Source: the human T2T-CHM13v2.0 reference genome, Homo sapiens. Taken from it: 64,000 bases of DNA. The DNA lies in assembly GCF_009914755.1 (NCBI RefSeq), contig NC_060937.1. The stretch is one strand, 5' to 3'. Below the pieces are notes generated by a model. The model worked only from the letters and a program-made list of their open reading frames with translations, had not been told where the DNA came from and did no database searches. Of the stretch, positions 1 through 13,445 are shown in pieces (positions within the stretch are counted from its first letter, which is position 1; every line of letters starts with the position of its first letter). The position numbers and the translations under genes were made by a program.

Positions 1-1590
1 TGTTAGCTTCAAAGGAATATTTTAAAATATCTAATTTATATTTTTATTTTTAATACTCTTTCCTTTTCTTTCTGATTTTTAAAATTTTGGCCTTAAAACA
101 GTTTTGATACCAAAATTGATATACAGCTTTCTTTTCATTTATATTTGCCTGGGATATGTTTAATAACTTAAAAGAAACTTTCCGTATCCTTTCATTTTAA
201 ATAGGTTTCACATACATACACATGTTCGTACATATATACATACATCTATGTAATGAATAGCTTTCTTTTCTAATCTTTATTTAAAATAGCTTCATCAGAT
301 TAATAGTTTCTTTCCATTTCTAGTTTAAAATTTTGTTTAAAAAATCACAAGTAGTTGTTGAATTTTACAAATGACTTTCTATATTTATTCAGATGTTCAT
401 GTGACTTTTCTCCCTTAACCCGTTAACTACAGATTACATTATTTTGTTACTATTTTGTTTAGAAGTTTTATATTTATTTTCATGAGTGAGATTAGTCTAC
501 AATTTTCCTTTTTAAAACTATTTTTATTTCGGGAACAAAGCTTTGTCAGCTTTATAGAATAAGCAAACAAGCATTTTTGCTGTTTTCTATTCTGTAGAAA
601 AGCTTTTATAAGATTGGCACTTTTGGTCTTTAATTTAAGGTTTGGCTGAACTCAAGAGTGAGGCCATCTGAAGCTGGGCTTTTCTTTTGGTTTTTGATGC
701 TGATTCAGTTTTTTTTGTTGTATTTTAGTATTTTGTATTTTAGGGCAATTGTCGCTTTTTATTTCTTCTTGAGTCATTTCTGATGAGTTACCTTTACCTA
801 AAAATTAGACTATTTCTTCTAAATTTCAGGAAAAAGTTATCTGTTATATTCTCTTGTTATCTTTTTAATGCCAGCAACCACTATCGTGATGCTCTGTTGA
901 AAGCAGTTTGTGCTGTCTTTTGCCTCTGAGTCCAGCTCACTGGTGCTATGCCAAATTTATTAGTTCGTTGTTTGTTTGTTTTTGTTTTTGTTTTTAAAGA
1001 AAGTAACCTTTAGTGTTGGTCCTCTTTATTATGTTTGTTTTCAATTTTATTTGTTTGTGCTCAGAATTTTGTGATTTCTTTCTTTCTCACTTCTTCAGGT
1101 TTATTTTACTATTCTTATTCTAACTTCATGAGATGGACTCTTAGTTCATTATTTTTCAATCTTCTTTTCCATCATACACATTTTATGGCTATAGTTTTAC
1201 TACATTCTGCTTAATTAAATTCCGTAAGTTGGGATATGGAGTCTTTTAATTAACATTCAGTTCAAGATATTTTCTAATTTGCATGTGTGAGTGATTCAGA
1301 AGCAGGTTTCTTAATTTGCAAACAGATGAGGATTTTCTGCTTAGGTTTTTGGATTTTAGTTCTCACTTTATTGCACTGTAGTTTTAGAAGACACTTTGCA
1401 TGATAGCATACATGCTGTCTATGAAATTTGATGAGATTTACTTTATGATCCAGGACATAGCCAGTTTTAGAAAATAGTGTATTTGAGGTTATTGGATGCA
1501 GTGTTTTATATCTGTCCATTGATTTAAGTTTTTTTGTATTGTCAAGTCTTCTATATTCTTACTGAATTTTTTTAAATCACTGAGAGGATG
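1..1590 (-). mobile_element. Highly diverged ancient L1M fragment(s), probably continuing in patches to ~3060
   Basis: Strongly T-rich sequence with degenerate antisense L1 ORF2-like phrases. Confidence 0.5.
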
Positions 1591-1616
1591 TCTGTTAAAA
1601 AAAAAAAAAAAGTCCA

Positions 1617-1902
1617 GGCCAGGTGTGTGGCTCACGCCGATAATCCCAGCACTTTGGGAGACAGAGGCGGGTGGATCACTTGAGGTCAGGAGTTGGAGAC
1701 CAGCCTGGCCATGATGGCAAAACCCCGTCTCTACTAAAAATACAAACATTAGCTGGGCGTGATGGTACATGCCTGTAATCCCAGCTACTTGGGAGGCTGA
1801 GGCAGAAGAATCACTTGAACCCAGGAGGTGGAGGTTGCAGTGAGCCAAGATCATGCCACTTTACTCCAGCCTGGGTGACAGACCGAGACTCTGTCTGAAA
1901 AA
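1617..1902 (+). mobile_element. AluS
   Basis: Dimeric Alu consensus with a short tail. Confidence 0.95.
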
Positions 1903-2024
1903 GAATTCGGACTAGTATCTCTTTATTTTTGAAGTTCTATCAGCCTTTCCTTCACATACTTTTATACCTGTCATTAGGGTTTGTAATTTCGTGTCCTATT
2001 TATGTAGTGCCTGCTATGAACACG

Positions 2025-2582
<558 letters not shown>

Positions 2583-3096
2583 TGTGTGTATCTTTCTGGA
2601 GTGAACTCCTGACTTTATGACATGAACTACATTCTAGTAATTTTCTTTGTCTTAAATCTATTTTGTCTGCTATTAATAATGCTCCACCGACTTTTAAAAA
2701 TTCACATTTTCTTGGTTTATCTTTTCCTCTCCTTTCACTTTCAACATTCCGCATCCTTATGTTTTAGATATGTCTCTTGTTAACAACAAATACTTTTGTT
2801 CTTTCCATTCTGACAGCTTTTGTATTTTAGTTGGAAAAACTTAAGTTTAATATGACTTCTTATATCTGTTGTTTAGAGCTAGCAGGTTAAGTTGTACTTT
2901 TTCTTTGTCTGTTCTTTCATTCTTTTCCCTTCTTGCCTTCATTTGGATTGATTTTTTTAATCATTCTAATTTTTCCTTTAAGTTATTTTTTATATTTTTA
3001 AAAATCACTACTCTAAGAATTGTAATATGGAAACAATGTATCAAAGTCTAAAGTTAACCAATAATTTTTCCCAGAGGTAATAAAAAATGATTTTTA

Positions 3097-3392
3097 GGCT
3101 GGGCGCAGTGGTTCACACCTGTAATCCCAGCACTTTAGGAGGCCAAGGCGGGTGGATCACTTGAGATCAGGAGTTCGAGACCAGCCTGGCCAATGTGGTG
3201 AAACCCTGTCTCTAAAAAAATACAAAAATTAGCCAAGTATGGTGGCAAGTGCTTATAATCTCAGCTACTCTGGAGGCAGAGGCAGGATAATCAGTTGAAC
3301 CTGAGAGGCAGAGGTTGCAATGAGCTGAATTTGTACCACTGTACTCCAGCCTGGGTGACAGAATGAGACTCTGTCTCAAAAAAAAAAAAAAA
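3097..3392 (+). mobile_element. AluS
   Basis: Alu consensus and poly(A), with a degenerate TSD (aaaatgattttta / aaaagattttta). Confidence 0.95.
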
Positions 3393-3543
3393 GATTTTTA
3401 ACAGCCAGTGTGGCACACACATAGATCAATCAGAAGCACACCGGCCAGGTCATGCAGGGGGATGCAGGGATGCTCACCACCAGGACACAGCCCCGTGCTC
3501 ACATGCCTCTGGGACGGCACATGGGCTATACCCCATTTGCCTC

Positions 3544-3928
3544 TGTGTTAGTCAGCTCAGGCTGCCATCACAAAATACCACAGACTGGGCAACTTAAACA
3601 ACCCAGATTAATCTTCTCACAGTTCTGGAGGCTAGAAGTTTGAGATCGAGGTGCCAGATGATTCTGCGTCTGGTGAGGGCTCTCTTCCTGGCTTGCAGAT
3701 GGCAGCCTTCTCACTGTGACTTCACATGGAGGGCGAGAGAGGGAGAGACAGAGAGAGAGAGAGAGCTCCCTGGAGGCCCTTCTTCTAAGGCACTAATCCC
3801 ATCCTCCTGACCTGATCCACCCTCCTGACCTGATCTAAACTACTCACCTCCCAAAAGCTCTGTCTCCAAATACCAAATACTTCAACATATGAATTTATGG
3901 GGGTTGGGAGGGAGTTCAGCCCATAGCA
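3544..3928 (-). mobile_element. MLT1A-like MaLR solo LTR
   Basis: tgtgttagtcagctcaggctgcc...cacagttctggaggctagaag...ttcagcccatagca. Confidence 0.8.
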
Positions 3929-4168
3929 ATCTTTTTTTGTCTGACTTACATGTTTTTTTCTCATTATCCTAACCTCATAAGATAGAATTGTTTCATGCAG
4001 TTAGTGTTCTTTTAGATTTATCACAATGTTTATCTTTATTATTGCTCATCATTTCTTTGTATATTTCAGACCTTCCATTTGAGCTCCTGAAGTACGTTAT
4101 TTTAGAACTTTCTTTAGTGAGGATGTGCTGGTGGCAAGCTCTTATTATGCTCATCTGAAAAGATATTC

Positions 4169-4481
<313 letters not shown>

Positions 4482-4822
4482 TGACCTCTGTTCCAGTTAC
4501 GGAGTCTCTTAGCACCAACATCCTCCTCCACGCCCTGCCTTGACACCAGGCTGGGACCCTGTCCCCTGCCTTCCTGCCTTCACCAGCAGCCCCTGTGTGA
4601 CCCTGCCAGTAGGGGGCTCGGCCAGTCAGCTTCCAAGCAGGAGACAAGCTGGACCAGTTATTTAAATAGGAATATTTTAATATAAAGAATTATTAGGTAG
4701 AACAGGATAAGGTGGTTCATTATTAAAAGAGGTAAAAGGAGACCCACAGGAGCCCAGAATTAGTAGATGCAAAAGAACAGCTACTGCCTCTAGCGCGAGG
4801 AGGACAATGAAGGAATGAAGTA

Positions 4823-5155
4823 CAGCAAGTCCTTGAATAATGTCATTTTGATCAACGTCATTCATTATGTTTGATGAGAAAAATATTTGCTTCCCAGCTG
4901 GGGCACTGTCTGTGTGGAGTGTGCAGTTGCCCCCACGTCTTGTGGGTTTTCTCTGGGTACTCCAGTTTCCTCCCACACCCCAGAGCTGTGCATGTTAGGT
5001 TTGCTGGTGTGTCTACATTGCCCCGGTCTGAGTGAGTGTGGGTGTGTGGATGCATCCTGCAATGGGATGGCATCCTGAGCAGGGCTGCTTCCCGTCCTGC
5101 ACCCTGAGCTGCTGGGATATGTTCAGGCCATCCATGACCCTGAACTGGAATACTA
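4823..5155 (+). mobile_element. MER6-family TcMar-Tigger non-autonomous element, truncated
   Basis: TA followed by CAGCAAGTCCTTGAATAATGTC terminus. Internal gtctgtgtggag...ggttttctctgggtactccagtttcctcccac segment is typical of MER6. Confidence 0.75.
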
Positions 5156-5323
5156 ACAGTGTCATCAGCCATTTCCATCTGGACAGCTGCTCACAAAGGT
5201 GCAGCATTGTGGCTCTGTTGCTCCAGCCCACAGATTTGCTAGAGAAAAGAAAGTAGGCTGGCCTAGGGCCACTCAGAACAGAGTTCAAAGTAAGGCCCGA
5301 GTCCAGCAAACGGGCAAGCCCTG

Positions 5324-5437
5324 AGTGTGCCTGGGTGTGCACATGCATGCATGTGTGTGCACGTGTGTGTGTGCATTTGTGCATGCATGTGTGTGTTTCT
5401 GTGTGCTTTCGTGTGTGTGTGTGTGTATGCATGCGTG
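5324..5437. repeat. Degenerate (TG)n/(TGCA)n microsatellite
   Basis: Alternating purine-pyrimidine tract. Confidence 0.9.
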
Positions 5438-5544
5438 CATCCCACCTGCCCCATTACTCAGCACAGAGGCCTGATGGGAAGGGTCCAGGCAGTGTTGTGT
5501 GCAGCCTGCCTGCTGGGGTGGGGGCGGTGGAGGAGTGTGTTAGA

Positions 5545-5695
5545 AAGTGAAGGGCACTGACCTTGGAGTCACACAAGTCATTCACCTGCCCCTCACTTAC
5601 TTCATGGCCCTGGGTAGGTCGCTCACCTCTGGGAGCCTTGGTCCCTGTTAAGAATGGCACCTACCCTTAGAGTGTGTTGTAAGCATCAATGAATC
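5545..5695 (+). mobile_element. MIR fragment
   Basis: Degenerate MIR 5' half and core. Confidence 0.5.
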
Positions 5696-6641
5696 TAAAT
5701 TCGGTGACAATGAGGACTCTTCCTTAGCTTGCTGGGGGCTGGGGAGCAAATGCCAGGTATTGCTTTATGACCATTGTGATGCATGTTGTCGTGAGTTTAG
5801 ATCATCCTGCCAGGCCTTCTAGGAAACCAACTTACAGAGAAGTTCAAAGGCTTTCCACTGGGTGTCAGTGGTGCTCAGCATACCCTTGGAGGCATCCCCG
5901 TGTCTGAGCGTGTTTGAAAGGACTAGGATAAGATGTTCGGTGCCAGGTGTCACCAGGGCCTCTCAGCTCCCCTGCAGGTCCAGGAGTGGTGCCTGGAGCC
6001 TTCCCACCCACCTCATTCCCCTGCCCCTGCCACTGCCTCCCCCATGCCCTCAGGTGACCTGGCTGCCCAGTCCCCAGGTGGGCACCACCACTGGGCCTTC
6101 TCATGAAGGGCATATAATTAGAGCGACTCATTCTGAAACTACGGCTCCCCAAGACTGACCCTGTTTGAAAGTACACGCTTCCTACCCGAAGGAATGTCTC
6201 CTCCATGGAGCTTGGGAGAGGGAGATTGTAGGGGCGGCGGGCAGGTGGAAGGTTTTTTGTGGAAGCACTGTCTGACTTCCAGAATCTCTGTTTAACTCCC
6301 AACTCCCTATAGGTTCTTCTATATTTTCTCTGAAGAATCCTGGTGGGGACTTTTATAAGCGGAATTAGCCAGGAAGAAACATATATACCTAACCCCAGAG
6401 ACATAATAAAGTTCACTTGCAGTGCATCTGTGAGTGCTGAGAGGATTTCGCGGCTGCTTCTCATCCCTGGAGCTTCTCATCGCCTCCTCTTGTCCTGTTG
6501 GTTAGTCATCTCCTTCTTGGGGTCCTAATTAAAAAAAAAAACTGGCTTCCACTGGCTTCTGGGAATTTCTACTCCTCCTTCAGCAAAGCGGGACTTACAA
6601 CTATTACCTTCCTATCCCCAGGGTGTGGAAAGACTACGCTG

Positions 6642-6856
6642 TGAGGATGCATAAGAATGATACAGTGGACTCTGGGAACCTGGGGGAGAGGGTGGGAGGT
6701 GGGTGAGGGATGAAAGACTACACACTGGGTACAGTGTACACTGCTTGGGTGATGGGTGCACCAAAACCTCAGAAATCACAACTAAAGAACTTATTCATGT
6801 AACCAAACACCACTGTTCCCCCAAAACCTATTGAAATAAAAAATAAATTTAAAAAT
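6642..6856 (+). mobile_element. 5'-truncated L1PB-like 3' end
   Basis: L1 3' UTR and A-tail. TSD AAAGACTACGCTG (6629-6641) / AAAGACTAGGCTG (6857-6869). Confidence 0.85.
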
Positions 6857-8062
6857 AAAGACTAGGCTGAACTTCAAAGAAGACTCTACCTAAGCCCAAG
6901 GAAGATTAAAAAAAAAGACGCAAACAGAGTGCAACATGAGATTAGATTTTCCGGAATATAAGAGATGACCTATTTGCCTTGACCTCACGTGCCCCTCTGC
7001 CCAGCTTCTGGAACTCCTGCGGTGGCTCAGAGTCATAGCCCTCCTGTGACCCTCTCCTGAAAAGGTGTGCACAGAAGAGCAGGCCTAGAAGCTTCACAAG
7101 AGAATGAGGCCCAACAACTCCTAAAAATACCTAATTCTCACCAGCAGAAGTCCTGTCCTTCAAGTTTTAAATTCTATATGAAGACAGAGGAAAGGCTCTG
7201 CCTTCGCTGACAGGATCCAGAGTAAGACTACAGCAGGACAATTCACAGCACACCGCTGTCAGCCCACTGAGGGTGATTCTACCCGAGGCTGCCCTGGCGA
7301 CTCTGACAATGTGGCCTGTGCCGCCAAGACCATCTGCATTCAGTCTACATTCGCCATGAGACCTCTCATGCTCTTCCTCTAATTCCTCATGGAAAGTGGT
7401 GAAGGGTCTGTTTATTTACACCTGGGAATGTCTGTGTCTTTGTAGAATAAACTGAAGGCTAAGGCAACTCTTTGGAAGACCATTCCACCTGGAAACCAAC
7501 GATCTAATTTTGCTTCAAAACTTCCCTGTCTCTGTAGAGCTCACAGCGGTCTTCGCAACCACATGCTACAAGCTTGTTCACCATTCCCTTGAGGCTGCAT
7601 AAATACATTATTCGCTTCTGAGCCCTGCCTCTCAGGGGTCTGCTTTTCTTCAGCCAAGTGTCCCACGGTGTGTCCAGAATTGTGTGATAGCAGTGAGGGA
7701 AACCACCAAGATGACAATTTACTTACTGTCTCTTGGACCTCTCTCGCCCTTCCCCGGGACCTCAGCCTGCCTTTGCTCTAAGAAGGGCCAGGAAGCGCTG
7801 TGGCTGGTGAGGAGACCAGGCCAGGATTAAAGGGCATGGGCAAGTTAGAAAGTGGTCTGGACACCCCTTGTCGCCACTGGAACTCCCACTTCACATCCAT
7901 TACGTCAGGATTCTGGGGGTAGGGCTTGGGCACCCCTGTTTTCTAGAGCTCTGAAAGCGGTTCCCATATGCAGCGGGGGTTGGGACTTCACCTCTACTGC
8001 TTTGAACAAAAGGTCCCGTGAGCGCAGAGGTGATTGTGTTTTCCTTATGGGGAGTGATATAT

Positions 8063-8250
8063 GCAGGTGGGCCTCAAACTTCAGCGGGCATCAGAGCCAC
8101 CTGAAGCGTTTGTTAAAATGCGGATTGCTGGGTCCCTGCACTCAGAGTTTTTGTTTCTGAAGGTCGGGGTGGGGCCAAGAATGTGCATTCCTGACAAGTC
8201 CCCAGGGGAAGCTGGGGCCACTGGTTGGGGCTCTAGCTGGAAGCCCCACT
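8063..8250. mobile_element. MER5A-like hAT-Charlie MITE
   Basis: ctcaaacttcagcgggcatcagagccacctg...gtggggccaagaatgtgcatt. Confidence 0.7.
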
Positions 8251-8629
8251 GCGTGTGCGGGGAGTGTTTCTGCCCTCAGGGACTGTATTTCTTCCCATCC
8301 AAGCATGAGAGGAGTCCCTTTCAGAGGTGAGGGGGGCAAGCCCAACCCAGAGGCCCGTCTTCCTGGTCTCATGGCAGTTAATGCGATGGGCTTCCCGGTG
8401 GGGTCTGGTACTGAGCAGTCGTCGCAGGTCACCTGATACGGGACAGCAGCTGCTCTGGACTGGCGCTCGCTCTCACCGTCTCTCTCTCTCTATTGCCCTC
8501 GGGTGGGAGGAGCCAGCTGAGCGGCTGGCAGTCTCAGGCTTCGAAATTCTACCAGTTTCCATGCTGTAAAGTGGGTCACAACCCCTTTATTTGCCTATTT
8601 CTCTAAACTTCTTAAATGTTTAAAATATA

Positions 8630-8965
8630 ATTTTTTATTTGTTTATGCTCGTAAAATACTTGTAAAATTTACCATCTTAACTATTTTTAAGTGCACAGTT
8701 CAGGGGCATCAAGTACCTTGTTGTGTCACCGTGACCACCACCCACCCCCAGAACACCTTGCACCTTCCCAAGTGGAGACTCTATCCCCATTGAAGGATAA
8801 CTCTTCTCCTCCCCTCCCCTCAGCCCCTGGCCACCATTCCACCATTTCTGTCTCTGTGAGTTTGACTACTGTAGGTACCTTGTCTCGGTGGAATCATGCA
8901 CTGTTAGTCTTTTTTTTTTTTTTTTGTCTGGCAGATTTCACTTAGCCTGGTGTCTTCAAAGCTGA
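8630..8965 (-). mobile_element. L1MB 3' end
   Basis: Antisense L1MB 3' UTR phrases (aaaatttaccatcttaactatttttaagtg, ttctgtctctgtgagtttgactact). Confidence 0.8.
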
Positions 8966-9004
8966 ACCAGTTTTTGATCTCAGTCAGAATTCTGATACCA
9001 GATT

Positions 9005-9210
9005 GGTGTAGACAGAGCTTGGGCTTTGGACTCATGCATCTGAATCCTGTCTCCACCTTTTCTGGTTGTATGACTTTGGACAATTTACTTACTGTCTCTT
9101 GGACCTCAGTTTCCCCAGAACTAAGGCAAGTCTTATACTATTTCTCTCATAAAGTTGCTGGGAGGATTAAGTGGGAGAGCAGACATAAAGCCCTTGACCC
9201 ATTTAAGGTA
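9005..9210 (+). mobile_element. MIR
   Basis: tgtatgactttggacaatttactt...cctcagtttcccc...ggaggattaagtg. Confidence 0.65.
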
Positions 9211-9689
9211 GTGAAAAGCTAGTTAGGTTTCTATTCTTTCCCTACCCGGGAAACTGAGAAACCAAGGTTAGGTAACCTAAGCAGGGTCTTGCCGCTTCCT
9301 GGGTGGGCGTTTTCTGTTTCCTACAAGCAGAAGTCTTGTTTTTACAAAGTGAGCTTGGACTACATCCACGTCTGCAGTGTGGTATGTGTGAAGGACTGTT
9401 TTTTTGCCTTTTGAGAGTGTTTTTAAAATGAGCTATCTGCTCTGTTCTTTTTTCTCTTCTCTTGTTTAAAATGCAGTGCTAACAAAATATTTCTGGCATA
9501 GTAAGCATAATATATTGAGAGATTTTTATAAAGGATTAATGTAACTTGGAATCCAATTAAGGCTAAGAAAGCAGTTCTCATTAAGATTCCAAATTATGCC
9601 ACGCAGTACAATTTTCTAATGATTAGGATAGGAAAAATAGCAAGATAGCTGAATTTCACAGCATAATGCAAACTTGAAATTATCATTTA

Positions 9690-9993
<304 letters not shown>

Positions 9994-10090
9994 GAAATTA
10001 TCATTTAAAGCTGGCTGTGGTTATTTCCCTGTCATCAGGTAATAGGCCTTGTTGAAGCGAATCACAAAAGAACAGGCCAGGTGTCCTGGG

Positions 10091-10271
10091 CTGGTGGTCC
10101 CTACCCTTGGTGCATGTAAAAATCACCTGGGGAGATTTTAAAATTCCTAATGCTCAGTTTGTGTACCAGACCAATTACATCAGCATTCAAGGGGAAGGAG
10201 TTGAACACCAGCGTCAGTATGTTTTAAAGCCCCAAGTGACTCCAGTGTGGAGCAACGTTGAGAACCCTGCT
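10091..10271. mobile_element. MER5B-like hAT MITE
   Basis: aatcacctggggagattttaaaa...ccagaccaatt...ttgagaaccctg. Confidence 0.6.
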
Positions 10272-10314
10272 CAAGTCCCAGTGTTAACCCAACTGCCCTG
10301 CCTCCCCATGTCCT

Positions 10315-10835
10315 TCTGTAGTTTTCCTCATCTAGATCTTGTTCATATTTTGCTAGAATCATACCTAAGTGTTTTATTTTGGGGAGAGTGCTGGTGTCAA
10401 TGGCATTGTGTTTTTAATTTCGAATTCTGTGTGTTCATTGTGGGTATACAGAAAAGTGACTGGCTTTTGTATATTAATCTTGTATCCTGCAACCTTGCTC
10501 TCATTGCTTTTGGTTCCAGGAAGGTTTTATTGTTGTTGATTTTTTTCAGATTTTCCACATAGACAATTGTGTCATCTGTGAACAAAGATAGTTTTATTTC
10601 TTCCTTCCTAGTCAGTATACCTTCTATTTCATTTTCTTGTCTTATTGCATAAGATAGGACTTCCAGCATGATATTAAAAAGCAGTGGTGAGAGGGGACGC
10701 CATTGCCTTTTTCCTGATCCTAGCAGGAAAGCATTCAGTGTCTCACCATTAAGTGTGTTGTTAGTTTTCAGTTATTTTGTAGATGTTCTTTATCCAGTTG
10801 AGGAAGTTCCCCTCTGTTTCTAGCTTGCTGAGACT
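10315..10835 (-). mobile_element. L1 ORF2 reverse-transcriptase fragment (dead)
   Basis: Translation [17 protein letters not shown]...[21 protein letters not shown] matches the L1 RT FADD region. Confidence 0.9.
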
Positions 10836-12195
10836 TGATGTCCTTTTGAAGCCTCTTGCGAAGTGTCTCCCATACACTGCACCAAAGCCATCACCCATCA
10901 GTTTGTGTGTATGTGACTTAGTGATTCTTTCGAGATACCTGCTTCCCCCAACCTAGAATCTCTCCATAAGAATAGTAATAAAAAGTTGGATGATAGTAGA
11001 GAGTTGGTTTGGAGTCTTAGATTTTAAGAAATGGAGAGTGGTCCTTGGGCAGAATGTAGAGTTGGGCAGCAGTGGGAGCTAGGAATTAGGGAAAAGAAAG
11101 GAGACTCAGAGAGAGGGGCCAGGGCTTCTTTGGGAGGAAGACAACCTAGAAGAATGCACTGGAGCTTCCCAGGAAACACCAAGGGTAGATCTGGCCTTTA
11201 GCTCTGTGCCAGTGTCCTAGCCTGTCCTGCCTACGCTTGGCTGGCATGGGGAGGAAGGCACATGTGACAGTGCCCATTTTTAAAGAATCTCCTTTGTCTT
11301 GACCCTCTAAGAAAGGCAAATTCTATTGTGGTGGAGGGGTTGTTGGGCAGCAATTCTGAAGTCCAGGTCAAATCTCAGCTGTAGTGTCCAAACCACACTT
11401 CTGTCCAGTTGAAATCAGGTTGAAACAAATGCTCTAGCAGTCCTGAAGAGGATGAGCTGTTACACAAGAGCTAATGGAGGCACATACAAAAGCAGCCACC
11501 TTGTAGGATGGTCACATCCTTGGTTGGGAGCTGTCTCCAGCTCTCCGCTCACACTGCTCTGCTCTGCCCTGTGCCCAGACATTTCTGGAGTCCTCAAAGT
11601 TAGGGGCTGGAGTTTCCCCTGAATTACTGAGCTCTGGAGAGAATATAGCCAGGAGCCTTGATCACTGACCAGGCATCAGAACCCCTGGGCCATCCTAGAG
11701 GCCTCCTTTATAATAAAGAAACTAGTAGATGATGGCTTCCTGTTTCTTAGGTGGATTATTAGTCAATATCTCTGTGGTTGCAAGAGTCAAATCCAACTCA
11801 AACTAATTCAAGCAAAAAGAAATGTTTAGTTGGGAAGGCTACCAGTGGGCCACAGAACTGCAGGAAGTACTACAGAAGCCAGGCCTCAGGGACTGGAACT
11901 GGGGAGTCAGTACCTCAGAGCCTGTCCTTCCTCTCTCAATCTGTCTCTTTTCTGTTCATGTCTGTGTGGCTTTTGTCTGCAGACAGGCTCTCTCTGCAAG
12001 CAATCATTCATTCCTCAAGGCCACTCCCCTTCATTGAGTGCCTGTGATATAGACACAGCACTGAACATGTAGGACACACAGCAGGTAAGCTGTTTTGTTT
12101 CCCTCAAAGGAAACTGGTTTTCTCTTTCTGACTATAAAGATGCTACCAACAATACCAAAGAGCGTATCAAATAAAAATAAAAATAAAAATACCTC

Positions 12196-12577
12196 TGATA
12201 TGATTTGGATGTTTGTCCCTGCCAAACCTCAGGTTGTAATTTGATCCCCAGTGTTGGAGGTGGGGCCTGATGGGAGGTCATGGGGGTGGTTCCCTCATGA
12301 ACAGATGAATGCCCTCCCTAAGGTTGGGGAGTGAGGGAGTTCTCCCTTTATTAGTTCCTGAAAGAGCTGGTTGTTGGAGAGCCTGGCACCTCCCCGCCCC
12401 TGTCTCTTACTCCCCTCTCACCATGTGATCTGCACACACCAGCTTCCCTTCCACTTGCCCCATGAGTGGAAACAACCTGAGGCCTCACCATAGGCAGATG
12501 CTGGCGCCATGCTTCTTGTCCAGTCTGCAGAACTGTGAGCCAAATAAACCTCTTTTCCTTATATATTACTCAGCCTC
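12196..12577 (+). mobile_element. MSTB-like MaLR solo LTR (3' end clipped)
   Basis: tgatatgatttggatgtttgtccc...cagaactgtgagccaaataaacctctt. Confidence 0.85.
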
Positions 12578-12768
12578 ACCCCATATCCACCACCCCGAGG
12601 TAGCCATGGTTAACTTTTTAAAAAATGTTCTACAATGTTTATTTCAAGAGTTTTTCAGTAGCAAAAAGGAAAAATCAATTACAATCGGGAACGATAAGGG
12701 GGTTCAATTAAATTTATCAATTTCTTTTTATAGTTGTAAAATATATAATATAAATTTTCCATTTTAAC

Positions 12769-13062
12769 TTTTATTTTTTTTGAGGTGGAGTCTTGCTCTG
12801 TCGCTCAGGCTGGAGTGCAATGGCACAATCTCAGCTCACTGCAACCTCTGCCTCCGGGTTCAAGCAATTCTCCTGCCTCAGCCTCCTGAGTAGCTGGGAT
12901 TACAGGCACGGGCTACCACGTCTGGCTAATTTTTTTGTATTTTTAGTAGAGATGGGGTTTCACCATATTGGTCAGGCTGGTCTTGAACTCCTGACCTCGT
13001 GATCTGCCCACCTCAGCTTCCCAAAGTGCTGGGATTACAGGTGTGAGCCACCACGCCTGGCC
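12769..13062 (-). mobile_element. AluSg-like
   Basis: Antisense Alu containing gacctcgtgatc. Confidence 0.95.
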
Positions 13063-13195
13063 TTTAACCGTTTTTATGTATACAATTTAGTGGCATTAAG
13101 TACATTCACAATGTCTTGCAACCATCAACACCACCCATCTCCAGACTTTTTTCATCATCCCAAGCAGAAACTCTTTACCCAGTAAGAAATAACTA

Positions 13196-13445
<250 letters not shown>

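Noticed and set aside
5865-6464. 199-aa minus-strand ORF in unique DNA
   Set aside because: No recognisable domain, exon context or pseudogene hallmarks (poly(A), TSD); compatible with chance
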